Shown here: positions 18,870 through 28,215 of the stretch, piece after piece
Layout: each line of letters opens with the position of its first letter
How positions within the stretch are numbered: position 1 is the first letter of the stretch
NCBI GenBank assembly: GCA_958296135.2
Contig: CATQHZ020000001.1
Span: forward strand, 2,752,001-2,816,000
Source of the DNA: an uncultured Poribacteria bacterium
GTDB lineage: Bacteria > Poribacteria > WGA-4E > WGA-3G
DNA: 64,000 bases
Direction of reading: 5' to 3'
Translations under genes and position numbers: made by a program
The notes under the pieces: generated by a model
Databases searched by the model: none
Told to the model about the DNA's origin: nothing
What the model saw: only the letters and a program-made list of their open reading frames with translations

Positions 18870-20700
18870 GGTGGCAGATCTCGCTTGTGGGACAGGCGCG
18901 TTGCTCAATGGCGTTTACCAACGTATCTTGGCACTGCACGAACAGGCGGGTGGTAACGGACGCGACATCCATCGGCACATGGTAGAAAATAACCTCGTCG
19001 GGTGCGACATTATGCCGAATGCGAGCCATCTGACAGCGGCGATTCTTGCGAGTGCCAATCCGGACATCAAGATTGGGCAGACGCGCATTCACACGATGGC
19101 ATACGGCTCGCAACGTTCGGATGGGCAATACGCGCTCGGCGCGCTGGATTTGCTGGAAAATCCGCAAGCAACGCTGCCGTTAGGCTTAATCAATACGGAG
19201 CGGGTACGGGGAGATGGCAGTTTCAATGCCGACGAAATTCCAGAATTTCAGCACGGTGAGATGGACATTGTTGTGGATAATCCACCGTTCACCCGTGTCG
19301 GAGCAGACAATAGCTCCCGCGACCCCGAGGTTCCTACAACGGTATTTGGGGATAGAGAGCCAAATGTCGCCGAGGCAATGCAAAGAGTCCTCGGAGAAAT
19401 TAGTTCCATCGGGAATACCAATGCCGGCCTCGGTTCCTACTTCGTTGACTTAGCGGATAGGATGTTAAAGCCGGACGGGGTTATGGGATTCGTGCTGCCT
19501 ATCATTGCCTTGACTTCTCCTCTGTGGCAGAAAGTCCGCGAACTGTGGACTCGGAAATATCACGACGTGGTGGTGATTACCATCGCCGATGCAGACATTG
19601 CAAACTGCGCCTTCTCCGCCGATACGAATATGGGAGAATGTCTCGTCGTCGCTACCAAAGGCAAAGCGGAAAGCACGGGACGGGGAACATTTGTCTGCCT
19701 GCACCGAAGACCCGGGAGCTACCTAGAAGGCGTTGAGATAGCGAAAAGCATCCAGAAACTTGAAAATGTCAGACGTTTTGAAGATGCCCCCATAGGCGGA
19801 AATCTCATCAAAGTCGGCGATGAAGAAAACGGATCCGCTCTAAATTGCCCACTACAAGCAGTTTGGGCGGCATCGCGCATGAGGAATTTTTCGCTGCTCC
19901 AATGCGCCTACCGGCTAATGGATGGACATCTCTGGTTGCCCACTCAACCGGATAAAGTTGAAATTCCGATGACTTCAGCTGGGAAGATTGCAACAATCTA
20001 TTCCTACGATCATCGCAAGAAATCGACGGGCCCCTTTGATATAGAAAAAGGGGCATCCGACGAAGACTTATATCCTGGCTTATGGCATGTCAAATCCGAG
20101 AACCAACGAACCATGGAAGTTAGCCCAGACTGCCACGGTATTATTCGTTCGGGTTCTTGGGAGAGGGCCCAGGAAATCTTAGACAAAAGGGGACGGGTGC
20201 ACCACAACGTAGCCTTACACTTCAACACAAATTCCTTAGCTGTTCTTTTCACGGAACAGCCGACACTCGGTGTCAATCTGCTCCCTAGCGTCAAATTTGA
20301 AAACCCGTTGTATGATTACGTCTGGACGCTGTGGGGAAATTCAACACTAGGTTTGTTATGCTACTGGATGCATTCTGCCAAACGGCAGACTGGGCGCGGG
20401 TGGATCCGTCTGACCGCGTTCCGCTCAATGCCAACGCTGGATGTCAGCAAACTAAACGAAACTGCCCTGCAGAACGCCAAGCGCATCTTTGAGGAAATGA
20501 AACATGAAGAGATGCTGCGGTTCCATCAGATGGACGAGGATGCGACGCGCCATAAGTTGGACCGGCGGCTGTTGTCGGAGGTGCTTGGTTTCAACGAAGA
20601 AACGTGCCCGGAGGTGCATGAAGGGATGCATCTCTTGCGTAAACGTCTACGCGCGGAGCCAAGTATCCACGGTGAGTCCCTTGTATCAGAGCATGAGTAG
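18820..20700 (+). CDS. type IIG R-M enzyme, methyltransferase and target recognition part
   Basis: ADLACGTGALL (motif I), GCDIMP, DNPPF (motif IV), GFVLP. Confidence 0.8.
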   Translation: MLRGGASNGVACLSDIKVADLACGTGALLNGVYQRILALHEQAGGNGRDIHRHMVENNLVGCDIMPNASHLTAAILASANPDIKIGQTRIHTMAYGSQRSDGQYALGALDLLENPQATLPLGLINTERVRGDGSFNADEIPEFQHGEMDIVVDNPPFTRVGADNSSRDPEVPTTVFGDREPNVAEAMQRVLGEISSIGNTNAGLGSYFVDLADRMLKPDGVMGFVLPIIALTSPLWQKVRELWTRKYHDVVVITIADADIANCAFSADTNMGECLVVATKGKAESTGRGTFVCLHRRPGSYLEGVEIAKSIQKLENVRRFEDAPIGGNLIKVGDEENGSALNCPLQAVWAASRMRNFSLLQCAYRLMDGHLWLPTQPDKVEIPMTSAGKIATIYSYDHRKKSTGPFDIEKGASDEDLYPGLWHVKSENQRTMEVSPDCHGIIRSGSWERAQEILDKRGRVHHNVALHFNTNSLAVLFTEQPTLGVNLLPSVKFENPLYDYVWTLWGNSTLGLLCYWMHSAKRQTGRGWIRLTAFRSMPTLDVSKLNETALQNAKRIFEEMKHEEMLRFHQMDEDATRHKLDRRLLSEVLGFNEETCPEVHEGMHLLRKRLRAEPSIHGESLVSEHE

Positions 20701-20783
20701 CATCCTGATGGTTTTGCAGGGACCTAGGTACGGCGAGGGACAGCCCCTCGCCCTACGGACAGTATAGCCAATTGGAGAATAAC

Positions 20784-21581
20784 ATGAAAAACCGATTTGG
20801 GTTTGATGCACCGAAGCACAAACCGATTGAAGAATCCATTCAATGGGCAGCGGATAACGGGTTTGGGTATATCGATTTCCAAGCAGACGTTCCGCCGAAC
20901 GATATTGCCTCATTTGACGAAGCGCGCGTCCGCACCGTGCATTATCTGTGTGAAAAACACGACATTTCTATCGGCATCCATCCCTCCTCCGCAATTAACA
21001 ACGCCGAGTATGTGCCGATAATGGCCGAAGCAGTGGATAGATACCTCCATGCGAATTTAGAACTAGCGGCGCGGTTAGGGTGTGGCTGGCTGATAGGACA
21101 TGGTGGGTATCATTTCGGCGATGTGCCTCAACGGCGCGCCGCGGCGATTGCACGGATACAGCGGTTGGTAGACAGCGCGGCACAGGCAGAGATTACCGTC
21201 TTCTTTGAGAACCACAATCGGGAGCCGGAACTCTCGGAAATGCACTATATCCCGCATAACGTTGCGGAAACGCAAGCGTTTTTCGACGCGATTCAGTCCC
21301 CTTATTTTCAGTGGGCGTTCAACGTCGCGCACGGACATCTGGTGCCGGAGGGCTGGCAAGGCTTCTTGGATGCGTTCGGCGTAGCAAACATCGGGCAGGT
21401 GCGCCTCAACGACAATCGCGGTGATTACGAGGTGCATCTCGTCCCCGGCGAGGGGACGATTGATTTTGAGGCGTTATTTGCGGCATTGCAGGGGCGCGGG
21501 TATTCGGGCTGGTTCAGCCTCGGTTTCGGCGATGATGCGGATAAGGTTCAGGTACGGCAGCAGTTTGCGGCGTACTTGTAG
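20784..21581 (+). CDS. sugar phosphate isomerase/epimerase (xylose isomerase-like TIM barrel)
   Basis: FFEN, NVAH, LNDN.G..EVHLVPGEGTIDF. Confidence 0.85.
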   Translation: MKNRFGFDAPKHKPIEESIQWAADNGFGYIDFQADVPPNDIASFDEARVRTVHYLCEKHDISIGIHPSSAINNAEYVPIMAEAVDRYLHANLELAARLGCGWLIGHGGYHFGDVPQRRAAAIARIQRLVDSAAQAEITVFFENHNREPELSEMHYIPHNVAETQAFFDAIQSPYFQWAFNVAHGHLVPEGWQGFLDAFGVANIGQVRLNDNRGDYEVHLVPGEGTIDFEALFAALQGRGYSGWFSLGFGDDADKVQVRQQFAAYL

Positions 21582-21663
21582 AGCGCGTGGAAGTGAAGGG
21601 ATTTTTCTTCACACAAGCGTTTTTTGCAGGGTGTCCTATTTGCAAGTCAAAAGGGAAGGAAGT

Positions 21664-21798
21664 ATGGTAGCCTCCCATCAGTACGATTCAGAATACATCC
21701 CGAGTCGTGACAAAGTAGTGTGGATTAACTTCGCCCCTCAAACCGGCGTTGAAATCATGAAACATCGGCCAGCCCTTATCCTATGTGGAAGTGGCTAG
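21664..21798 (+). pseudogene. truncated MazF/PemK toxin
   Basis: YIPSRDKVVWINFAPQTGVEIMKHRPALIL matches the MazF N-terminus, then a premature stop at 44 aa. Confidence 0.75.
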
Positions 21799-21842
21799 GA
21801 TAGAGGAGACAATTTTATGGGATTGCGTTTCGTCAATTTGGC

Positions 21843-23804
21843 TCAACGGTAAAACGAATAAACCGAAACACCCCAAATCAGCCGGACCAGCACCCAAGCA
21901 CCCCCGACGATAAATTGCCCGAGAATCAGCCCCAAAAAGAGCGGTAACACCCGATGATACAGACGGATGCCGCCAAATCGTAAGATGATGCTCTTAATCG
22001 CCCAACTTATCAGCACGGAAAACCAAAGCCAGCCAAACGTCCAGATACTGCTCGCAACGGCATAGCCGGTGGGATGAAAGGGGAACATCGGGAAACGGGT
22101 GCGCAGCCACCACAGCAAACCGGTGAACAGAAAGCCTGCACCCATGAAAATAACCGCAGGGATGTTCGTTTCGGTTGGGTAATAGAGCCATGAGCGGAGC
22201 ATGTTGTAACCGCCGCTACCCAAACCCGGATTCGCGCCGATGTTATAGGAGACAACCAGATACGCCCAGAACGAGGCAAGGATACCAAAAAAGATGGCGC
22301 ACATCATCGCCACTACCATGCGCCCAGCGCGCATGTTCGCTACCTCAACGAGTTTGAATCCCTCCAGCGTATGGGGCATCGGATGCGCGCGATACCCACG
22401 ATTAAAGGCGAAATAGAGCGACATCATCGTCAGACTCGGCGGCGGAATCGGACGCGAACCGAGCGCGTCGATGATGAACTGCCGCGGATTTGCGACAAAC
22501 ATCTCGTGTGTCGGTGGGCCGACTTCAGCGCGCACGCGCGTAATGCCTAACGCAAGCAGGTAATAGATGGCGAAATAGAGGGCTATCATCCAGACTGCCA
22601 TGCCGCCTTGATTCGAGAAAATGAAGAGAAAAAGCACACCACCGATTAACCCTGCCACCGGCCAGCGGTAATCGGTTGAATCTTGCATTTCTTCAGAAGA
22701 ACCGGTAGACGCGCGCCGGAAGCGCGCAAAAGAACCTATCAGGCCTTTGAAAACGGCATAAAAGTGCTTACGCCCGCCGTAAAGCCCAAAACAAGCGATG
22801 GCGAGATACGCGCCGACTCCCTGAGGGCCGTCATAAGGGAACCCCGGCAAAACTTGTAGGCCCATCGCCCTGCCGAGGATGCGCTCGCCTTTCCAGAAAA
22901 GGTAAAAAAACCACAGAGAAAACGACATCTCCAGCGGCATCAAGAACGCAAGCCCCACCCCGAATGAGAGGATATAGACGGGTGTCCACCCCATCGCATC
23001 CCACGGCTTTTCGGTGAAATAGATGCCCAAGTCTGCTTTACGCACCGGGATTTCGGGAAACGTCGGAAAGAAGGCGTGGATACCGTTAATCAGATCGATG
23101 CTTCCCGCAATCGCGAACCCCAGCCACAACATTTTGTTTTTGAAGAGCCGCCCATCCGAGTGTGTCATCTCTACTGGCAAGCGGACAATCGGATACGTCA
23201 ACCGCTCCCGTTCAATCCACTGCTTGCGGAGAAGTAAATCGATGCAAATCATCACCCACATCAGCACGGACAGAAAGACAGTCCACCATAAAATCGGTTC
23301 CCACCACGCGGAGAGATACCTTCCCGTGTAAAAGGTGGTATCGCCATCGTAAAAATCTTGCAAAACGGAGAGTTCGCTGAGCGTCATCCAATTCGGTAGG
23401 TATCGCCAGAAGAGTTGCTGCCATTCGTTTTCAGGCGTGGCAAACCAGAAGCCGTTCGGGATAACGGGAACGACGGTTTGCATCATGTCATGCCCCGCGA
23501 TAGCTGAGGAGATGGACAAGATGACATAGATTGTGAGCAGCTCACCCTGCCGGAGGGCAAACCGCGGCAGCAGCCATTTGAACAGGAAATTGAGGCATGT
23601 CAACACCGTCAGCGTCACTACCACGTTGTAAATCAGCGACATCGTGGTGGGCAAAGTGCTCCAGTAACGGAGGTGGTTTGCCATGATAAAATAGGTGTTC
23701 GGCAGAATCAGGAGAACCCCAAGCAGAATCGCGCGAAAGGTGACACCGGGATGCCTATTTTGAGAGTGTGGATGTTGCACGTGGAGTTCTGTGTTGTTTT
23801 GCAT
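21843..23804 (-). CDS. DUF6785/DUF6784-like polytopic membrane protein (putative transporter)
   Basis: T.RAILLG, ELLTIY, ATPENEW, RKQWIE.E.L.YP, HP.GY, FGG...Y....P.FLG. Confidence 0.8.
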   Translation of the reverse strand: MQNNTELHVQHPHSQNRHPGVTFRAILLGVLLILPNTYFIMANHLRYWSTLPTTMSLIYNVVVTLTVLTCLNFLFKWLLPRFALRQGELLTIYVILSISSAIAGHDMMQTVVPVIPNGFWFATPENEWQQLFWRYLPNWMTLSELSVLQDFYDGDTTFYTGRYLSAWWEPILWWTVFLSVLMWVMICIDLLLRKQWIERERLTYPIVRLPVEMTHSDGRLFKNKMLWLGFAIAGSIDLINGIHAFFPTFPEIPVRKADLGIYFTEKPWDAMGWTPVYILSFGVGLAFLMPLEMSFSLWFFYLFWKGERILGRAMGLQVLPGFPYDGPQGVGAYLAIACFGLYGGRKHFYAVFKGLIGSFARFRRASTGSSEEMQDSTDYRWPVAGLIGGVLFLFIFSNQGGMAVWMIALYFAIYYLLALGITRVRAEVGPPTHEMFVANPRQFIIDALGSRPIPPPSLTMMSLYFAFNRGYRAHPMPHTLEGFKLVEVANMRAGRMVVAMMCAIFFGILASFWAYLVVSYNIGANPGLGSGGYNMLRSWLYYPTETNIPAVIFMGAGFLFTGLLWWLRTRFPMFPFHPTGYAVASSIWTFGWLWFSVLISWAIKSIILRFGGIRLYHRVLPLFLGLILGQFIVGGAWVLVRLIWGVSVYSFYR

Positions 23805-23840
23805 AAGCCTCGTCAGAAAATAAAAATGAGTTCATTTAAA

Positions 23841-23869
23841 ATTATACCTCATTTGGTTTCTTGATGCAA
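23841..23869 (-). promoter_or_regulatory. sigma70 promoter (divergent pair, leftward)
   Basis: TTGCAT-17bp-TATAAT. Confidence 0.7.
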
Positions 23870-23881
23870 GTCATTTTTTAC

Positions 23882-23910
23882 TTGACTTTTTATGCAAATT
23901 TTGGTATAAT
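23882..23910 (+). promoter_or_regulatory. sigma70 promoter (divergent pair, rightward)
   Basis: TTGACT-17bp-TATAAT with extended TG. Confidence 0.75.
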
Positions 23911-23950
23911 ATTATTCAGTATCACACAAATCGGCGGAAATCAGGCGCAA

Positions 23951-24202
23951 ATGGCAACGTATCAAATTTTGTATTGGAGAGATATCCCCGCGCAGATAAG
24001 GGTTTATAAGGGAAAACGGCGCATCTCGCGCCAGATGCCTCAACGCTTTCAGAACCGCATCGACCGGATTGCGATGCAGGAGGGCATCGTCGGCAGTGAG
24101 GCGTATCTGGAGCAGTGGCACTGGAGCGAAAAACAGGAGATGCCCGGCGCACCTCACGCCGTTTTGGATACACTCATTCAAGAACTGAGCGGAGAACGCT
24201 AG
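23951..24202 (+). CDS. Virulence_fact family small protein (methionine synthase-associated)
   Basis: YQILYWRDIPAQ...PQRFQ..IDR.AM..G..GSEAYLEQW. Confidence 0.8.
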   Translation: MATYQILYWRDIPAQIRVYKGKRRISRQMPQRFQNRIDRIAMQEGIVGSEAYLEQWHWSEKQEMPGAPHAVLDTLIQELSGER

Positions 24203-24207
24203 AAACA

Positions 24208-25212
24208 GTGAAGAAAACTTTTCGAGAAAGATTAACCTCTGACGAACCGATGCTCTACGACGGCGGGTTTGGCACGCAGCTGTTCGCTCGCGGCATAGAA
24301 CTCGCCAATAGCGCGCTTGCCAACGAATTGCATCCCAACGCTGTTGCAGATATTCACGCCGTGTATATTCGCGCGGGCGCAGAGGCTATCGGAACAAACA
24401 CCTTTGTCGTTTCTCCCTTGCATCTGCAAATGGCGGGACAGGAAAAATCGGACGCACGAAGACTCACACGGCTCGCCGCTCAGCACGCAAAGATGGCGGT
24501 TGAACAAATGGAATCCTCTCAGGTATATATCGCCGGTTCAATCGGGCCGTCGCCCGGTGCCATTGAAGCAGACAGCGGCGATACAACCTTCGGCATCGCA
24601 AACGCCGAGGTAAGGGAAGCGCATAAACTCGTTATCCACACCCTTGCAGAAGAAGGCGTAGATTTTCTCTGCCTTGAGACGATGTTTTCCGCCAAAGAAG
24701 CCGCCATCGCTGTCGATATTGCGCGTGAGACAGGACTGCCGATTGCTGTCAATCTGACATACAAATGGACAAAAAATCGGCGCACCGGCGACATTATCTA
24801 CCGAACCGACTGGGGACATTCTCCGAAGGACCTGCTCCAGATTCTCGGAGACGACTCGCTGTTAAATGCTGTTGACATCATCGGAATTAACTGCGGGGCC
24901 GAAACACGGCGCGCCGAACATACCGGCATGCCGTATGCGATTACCGGCACGCAGCAACTCCGCGCGGCACTCGCCGAAATGCACATCCGGGACAAACGGG
25001 TGATGGCATACCCAAACGCCGGGATGCCGCAACTTGACAAAAATATGAAAACTGTCTACGCGCAAACGCCAGAGGAAATGGCGAGTCACATCCCAACGCT
25101 GATTGAAACAGGGGCATATCTTATCGGAGGGTGTTGTGGCACAACGCCAGCGCATATCAAAGCGTTCCGTAAACGGATAGCGAAAAATGGAAACGGTAAC
25201 ACTCAAATATAA
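24208..25212 (+). CDS. homocysteine S-methyltransferase family protein
   Basis: DGGFGTQL, TNTF, AGSIGP, LETM, GINCG, YPNAG, GGCCGTTP.HI. Confidence 0.9.
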   Translation: MKKTFRERLTSDEPMLYDGGFGTQLFARGIELANSALANELHPNAVADIHAVYIRAGAEAIGTNTFVVSPLHLQMAGQEKSDARRLTRLAAQHAKMAVEQMESSQVYIAGSIGPSPGAIEADSGDTTFGIANAEVREAHKLVIHTLAEEGVDFLCLETMFSAKEAAIAVDIARETGLPIAVNLTYKWTKNRRTGDIIYRTDWGHSPKDLLQILGDDSLLNAVDIIGINCGAETRRAEHTGMPYAITGTQQLRAALAEMHIRDKRVMAYPNAGMPQLDKNMKTVYAQTPEEMASHIPTLIETGAYLIGGCCGTTPAHIKAFRKRIAKNGNGNTQI

Positions 25213-25687
25213 AAGACTGCCAGACCGGGTTTCACACTTCCAGCAGCGGCTGCACTATGAAGATGAGAACATCATCGTCACATCGCAACGAGTTAAGCCA
25301 TCCTCGCCTATTGTACATAACGGTGAAACGGTGCTGGGAGAGAACTTCACCGCTGTCTGGTTCGTGTTTACGGGGCAGTGGTACGACATCGGGAAAATCT
25401 ACAACCTCAATAACGAGTGGACCGGCTATTATTGCGATATTATTGTGCCGGTGATACGGACAAAAAGCCGTTTTGAAATAACCGACCTGTTCTTGGATCT
25501 CTGGGTATATCCCGATGGCAGTTATGAGATTCAGGATGAGGACGAGTTTGAGGCGGCAATTCAGGCCGGCGCGATTGACACCGACTTGGCCCGAAAAGCG
25601 CGCAAGGCACTTAACGCCTTAATCGCGGAAGTTGAATCAGGAGAATTCCCGCCGCAAATCGTGAGAACCGAAAACGGAATTGTGTGA
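25187..25687 (+). CDS. DUF402 domain protein
   Basis: GYYCDI...DLFLDLWV.PDG...QDEDEF. Confidence 0.85.
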   Translation: METVTLKYKRLPDRVSHFQQRLHYEDENIIVTSQRVKPSSPIVHNGETVLGENFTAVWFVFTGQWYDIGKIYNLNNEWTGYYCDIIVPVIRTKSRFEITDLFLDLWVYPDGSYEIQDEDEFEAAIQAGAIDTDLARKARKALNALIAEVESGEFPPQIVRTENGIV

Positions 25688-26008
25688 AACGCGTGTCAAT
25701 CTATTTGCAATTCTGGGTACCTGTTGCTTGAGCCGTCTCGTTGATGAACTCACACAAAACCGGATTCTTCGGGAAGCCGAAGGGGTAAGCAACTTGAAGA
25801 ACTCGGGTTCAAACATGAGGACGCGTTGCACATCGCATGTGCCGAAAGCGGCAACGCGGCCATCTTATTGACAACCGATGACAAGTTCCTCAGCAGGGCG
25901 CAACACCATGCTGATAAACTTCGCGTCCGAGTTGAAAACCCTTATACATGGTTACAGGAGAACCCTGGCAATGAACATCTTCAAGATGACCGAGCTGGAA
26001 ATTTATGA
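25684..26008 (+). pseudogene. degenerate PIN-domain toxin
   Basis: Fragments in different frames: TCCLSRLVDELTQNRILREAE and LGFKHEDALHIACAE...LLTTDDKFL...VENP..WL; the middle is deleted. Confidence 0.7.
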
Positions 26009-26435
26009 AGTCGGCATCGAAATTCTGAGGGAGAAACTTGGCCCTGCCATCGATCGGTTTCTCCCACAGTGCAAACCGGGCAAAGGCAACTGGTCCGTTG
26101 ACCGGCACAAATGGATAAATAAAGAGCGGGATGTAGAGACACTCGCTCGACGCATCCAACAAGAGCGCGAGAAGAGGCGCGCGCAGGAACAAGAAGAGGC
26201 ACGTTTGAGACAGCACTGCGCTGCCGCAAGTCACGCCGAAATCCTAAAAATGACAGATTTGGAAATTTACAAAACTGGCATTGAAGTGCTTGGTGAAAGA
26301 CTTGGCCCTGCCGGGATGTCCCGGTTTCATAGGTACTGCGCACAGCGCAACGGCACAAAAGACGAGCGACGCAGCGAGACGGCCGCCAGTTATAAACCAC
26401 AGCCGCCCTTGCAGGAAACGCATCCTTCCCAATAG
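25971..26435 (+). CDS. putative antitoxin with an internal duplication
   Basis: Two copies of MT(E/D)LEIY..GIE.L.E.LGPA...RF; overlaps the PIN remnant. Confidence 0.65.
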   Translation: MNIFKMTELEIYEVGIEILREKLGPAIDRFLPQCKPGKGNWSVDRHKWINKERDVETLARRIQQEREKRRAQEQEEARLRQHCAAASHAEILKMTDLEIYKTGIEVLGERLGPAGMSRFHRYCAQRNGTKDERRSETAASYKPQPPLQETHPSQ

Positions 26436-26543
26436 GCGCGAACACTTAGATAGCATAACTGACTGTAGGGCGAGGGTCTACAGTCACTGGCAGTCACTGG
26501 GTGGATTATTGGGAAAACGCAAGGACTCCGAAAAAATAAGATA

Positions 26544-26573
26544 TTGATATTTATTTACAATTAATGGTATAAT
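26544..26573 (+). promoter_or_regulatory. sigma70 promoter of the beta-CASP/GrpE/Hsp70 cassette
   Basis: TTGATA-18bp-TATAAT with extended TG, AT-rich context. Confidence 0.65.
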
Positions 26574-26632
26574 AAATGCAACAAAACCCCGTTGTCTCAA
26601 TCAAAATCGGGTAAACCTTTAACAAACAACTT

Positions 26633-28024
26633 TTGAGCGGAGGCAGAGTTACGAAGAACCTCTTTTTTCCAATCGGCGGCGGAAATGAAATCGGCGCGAG
26701 CTGCTACTTTATCCAGTTAAACGGTGCAAAACTCCTCTTGGATTCGGGCATTCGGTTGCATTCCGATTCTACTTTTCCGCGCTTCGATTCGCTTTATGCA
26801 CAAAACTACCTCGATGGCTTGTGGGAGCTGGAGGGAATACTGCTCTCTCACGGACACCTAGACCATGTCGGTTCACTTCCGAATGTCGTCACCGAAGCAC
26901 CGGATGTGCCCATCTACGCGACTCAGGCGACACATGACATTATGGAGATGCAACTGAGCCAAGCCGTAGATGGGGACTCTGTCCCGGATGCAACTTGGCA
27001 GGACTTTCGAGAAGTGCAGCAGTTCAACGCGACCCGGGTGGAACGCGCATTAGAAAACGTTCGGTTCGTTGAATGGGATGAACCTTTTCTCCTAGAGTAC
27101 CAGGGAAGCGTGCGATATCCTCCCGTGCAAGTCACGTTCTATCCTGCCGGGCACATCCTCGGTGCTAGCATGATTTACGTCCAATCCGACGCGGGAAACA
27201 TTTTGTTTAGCGGCGACTTTACGCCGTTCGACCAGATGACTGTCCCAAAGTATCAGATTCCGGACAATTTGGACGTGGATTTACTCATTGCTGAATCGAC
27301 ATACGGGTATCAGGAGGGAACTTACGCGGGAAATGTCGGTGAAGAACGCGAAATCTTCGCGCAAAAAATCGAGCGATGCTTGAACAATAAAGGCAGTGTG
27401 CTCATTCCTGCATTTGCAATCGGAAGGAGCCAGGAACTTGCCCTGATTTTGCAGAACCTCATCCACTCCAAACGGTTGATGCCGTTCACGATTTACATTG
27501 ACGGGCTCGCACAAACGGCTTGTGAGATTTATCAAAATAACGGCGTACGCGTCTTCGGATATCAGGTAGGTAAAGCACCCCGCGGGCTTATCGAAAACCT
27601 TGACATCTTTAACGGCGTGCTCATCGCTAGTTCTGGGATGTTACTCGATAAGAGTGCCTCAGCACGCTACGCTGAAAAACTGCTACCCGACTCAAGGAAC
27701 GCTATTTTCTTTAGCGGCTACCTTGATGAAGAGAGCCCAGGGCGACGGCTAGAACGATTGTATCGGAGCAAAGGCGAACAGTTTCGACTCAATGACAGAA
27801 GTGTGCCTGTCCACGCAAATGTTGATACATACCGGCTCTCTGCACACACCGACAGCGAGGGGATTCTCTCGCTCATTGAAAAAGTTTATCCTAAGAAAGT
27901 CGTTTTCGTTCACGGGTACCCGCAACAGCGGACCGTGGTTAACGTCTATAGTGAAACCTTCCGGCGGTTCGGAAGAGATATAGAGGTCTATCAAGCCACC
28001 AACGGCACGCCTATCTATTTCTAA
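26633..28024 (+). CDS. metallo-beta-lactamase fold beta-CASP nuclease (CPSF-73/RNase J superfamily)
   Basis: EIGASC, LDSG, SHGHLDH, AGHILG, SGDF, ESTYG, PAFAIGRSQE, SSGML, SAH, VHG. Confidence 0.92.
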   Translation: MSGGRVTKNLFFPIGGGNEIGASCYFIQLNGAKLLLDSGIRLHSDSTFPRFDSLYAQNYLDGLWELEGILLSHGHLDHVGSLPNVVTEAPDVPIYATQATHDIMEMQLSQAVDGDSVPDATWQDFREVQQFNATRVERALENVRFVEWDEPFLLEYQGSVRYPPVQVTFYPAGHILGASMIYVQSDAGNILFSGDFTPFDQMTVPKYQIPDNLDVDLLIAESTYGYQEGTYAGNVGEEREIFAQKIERCLNNKGSVLIPAFAIGRSQELALILQNLIHSKRLMPFTIYIDGLAQTACEIYQNNGVRVFGYQVGKAPRGLIENLDIFNGVLIASSGMLLDKSASARYAEKLLPDSRNAIFFSGYLDEESPGRRLERLYRSKGEQFRLNDRSVPVHANVDTYRLSAHTDSEGILSLIEKVYPKKVVFVHGYPQQRTVVNVYSETFRRFGRDIEVYQATNGTPIYF

Positions 28025-28110
28025 CGAACCATCGGAATAAAAAATCGGGTATGAGGCATCCGGCCTCAAACCATTGATAGCATCGGTAAGGATGCAAAAC
28101 TTTGCATCGA

Positions 28111-28200
28111 GAACGTAGTCATCGACAACGGCGATGACAGCCCTGGTAAAATCACGTCATTGCACCAGGAACCTCAAACGCGTTCCGAAATACGAAAGAG
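28111..28200 (+). repeat. ~100-bp dispersed repeat with GTCATCGAC-AAC-GTCGATGAC core, copy A
   Basis: AACGTAGTCATCGACAACGGCGATGACAGCCCTGGTAA. Confidence 0.75.
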
Positions 28201-28215
28201 ACAGAGGTACCATAC

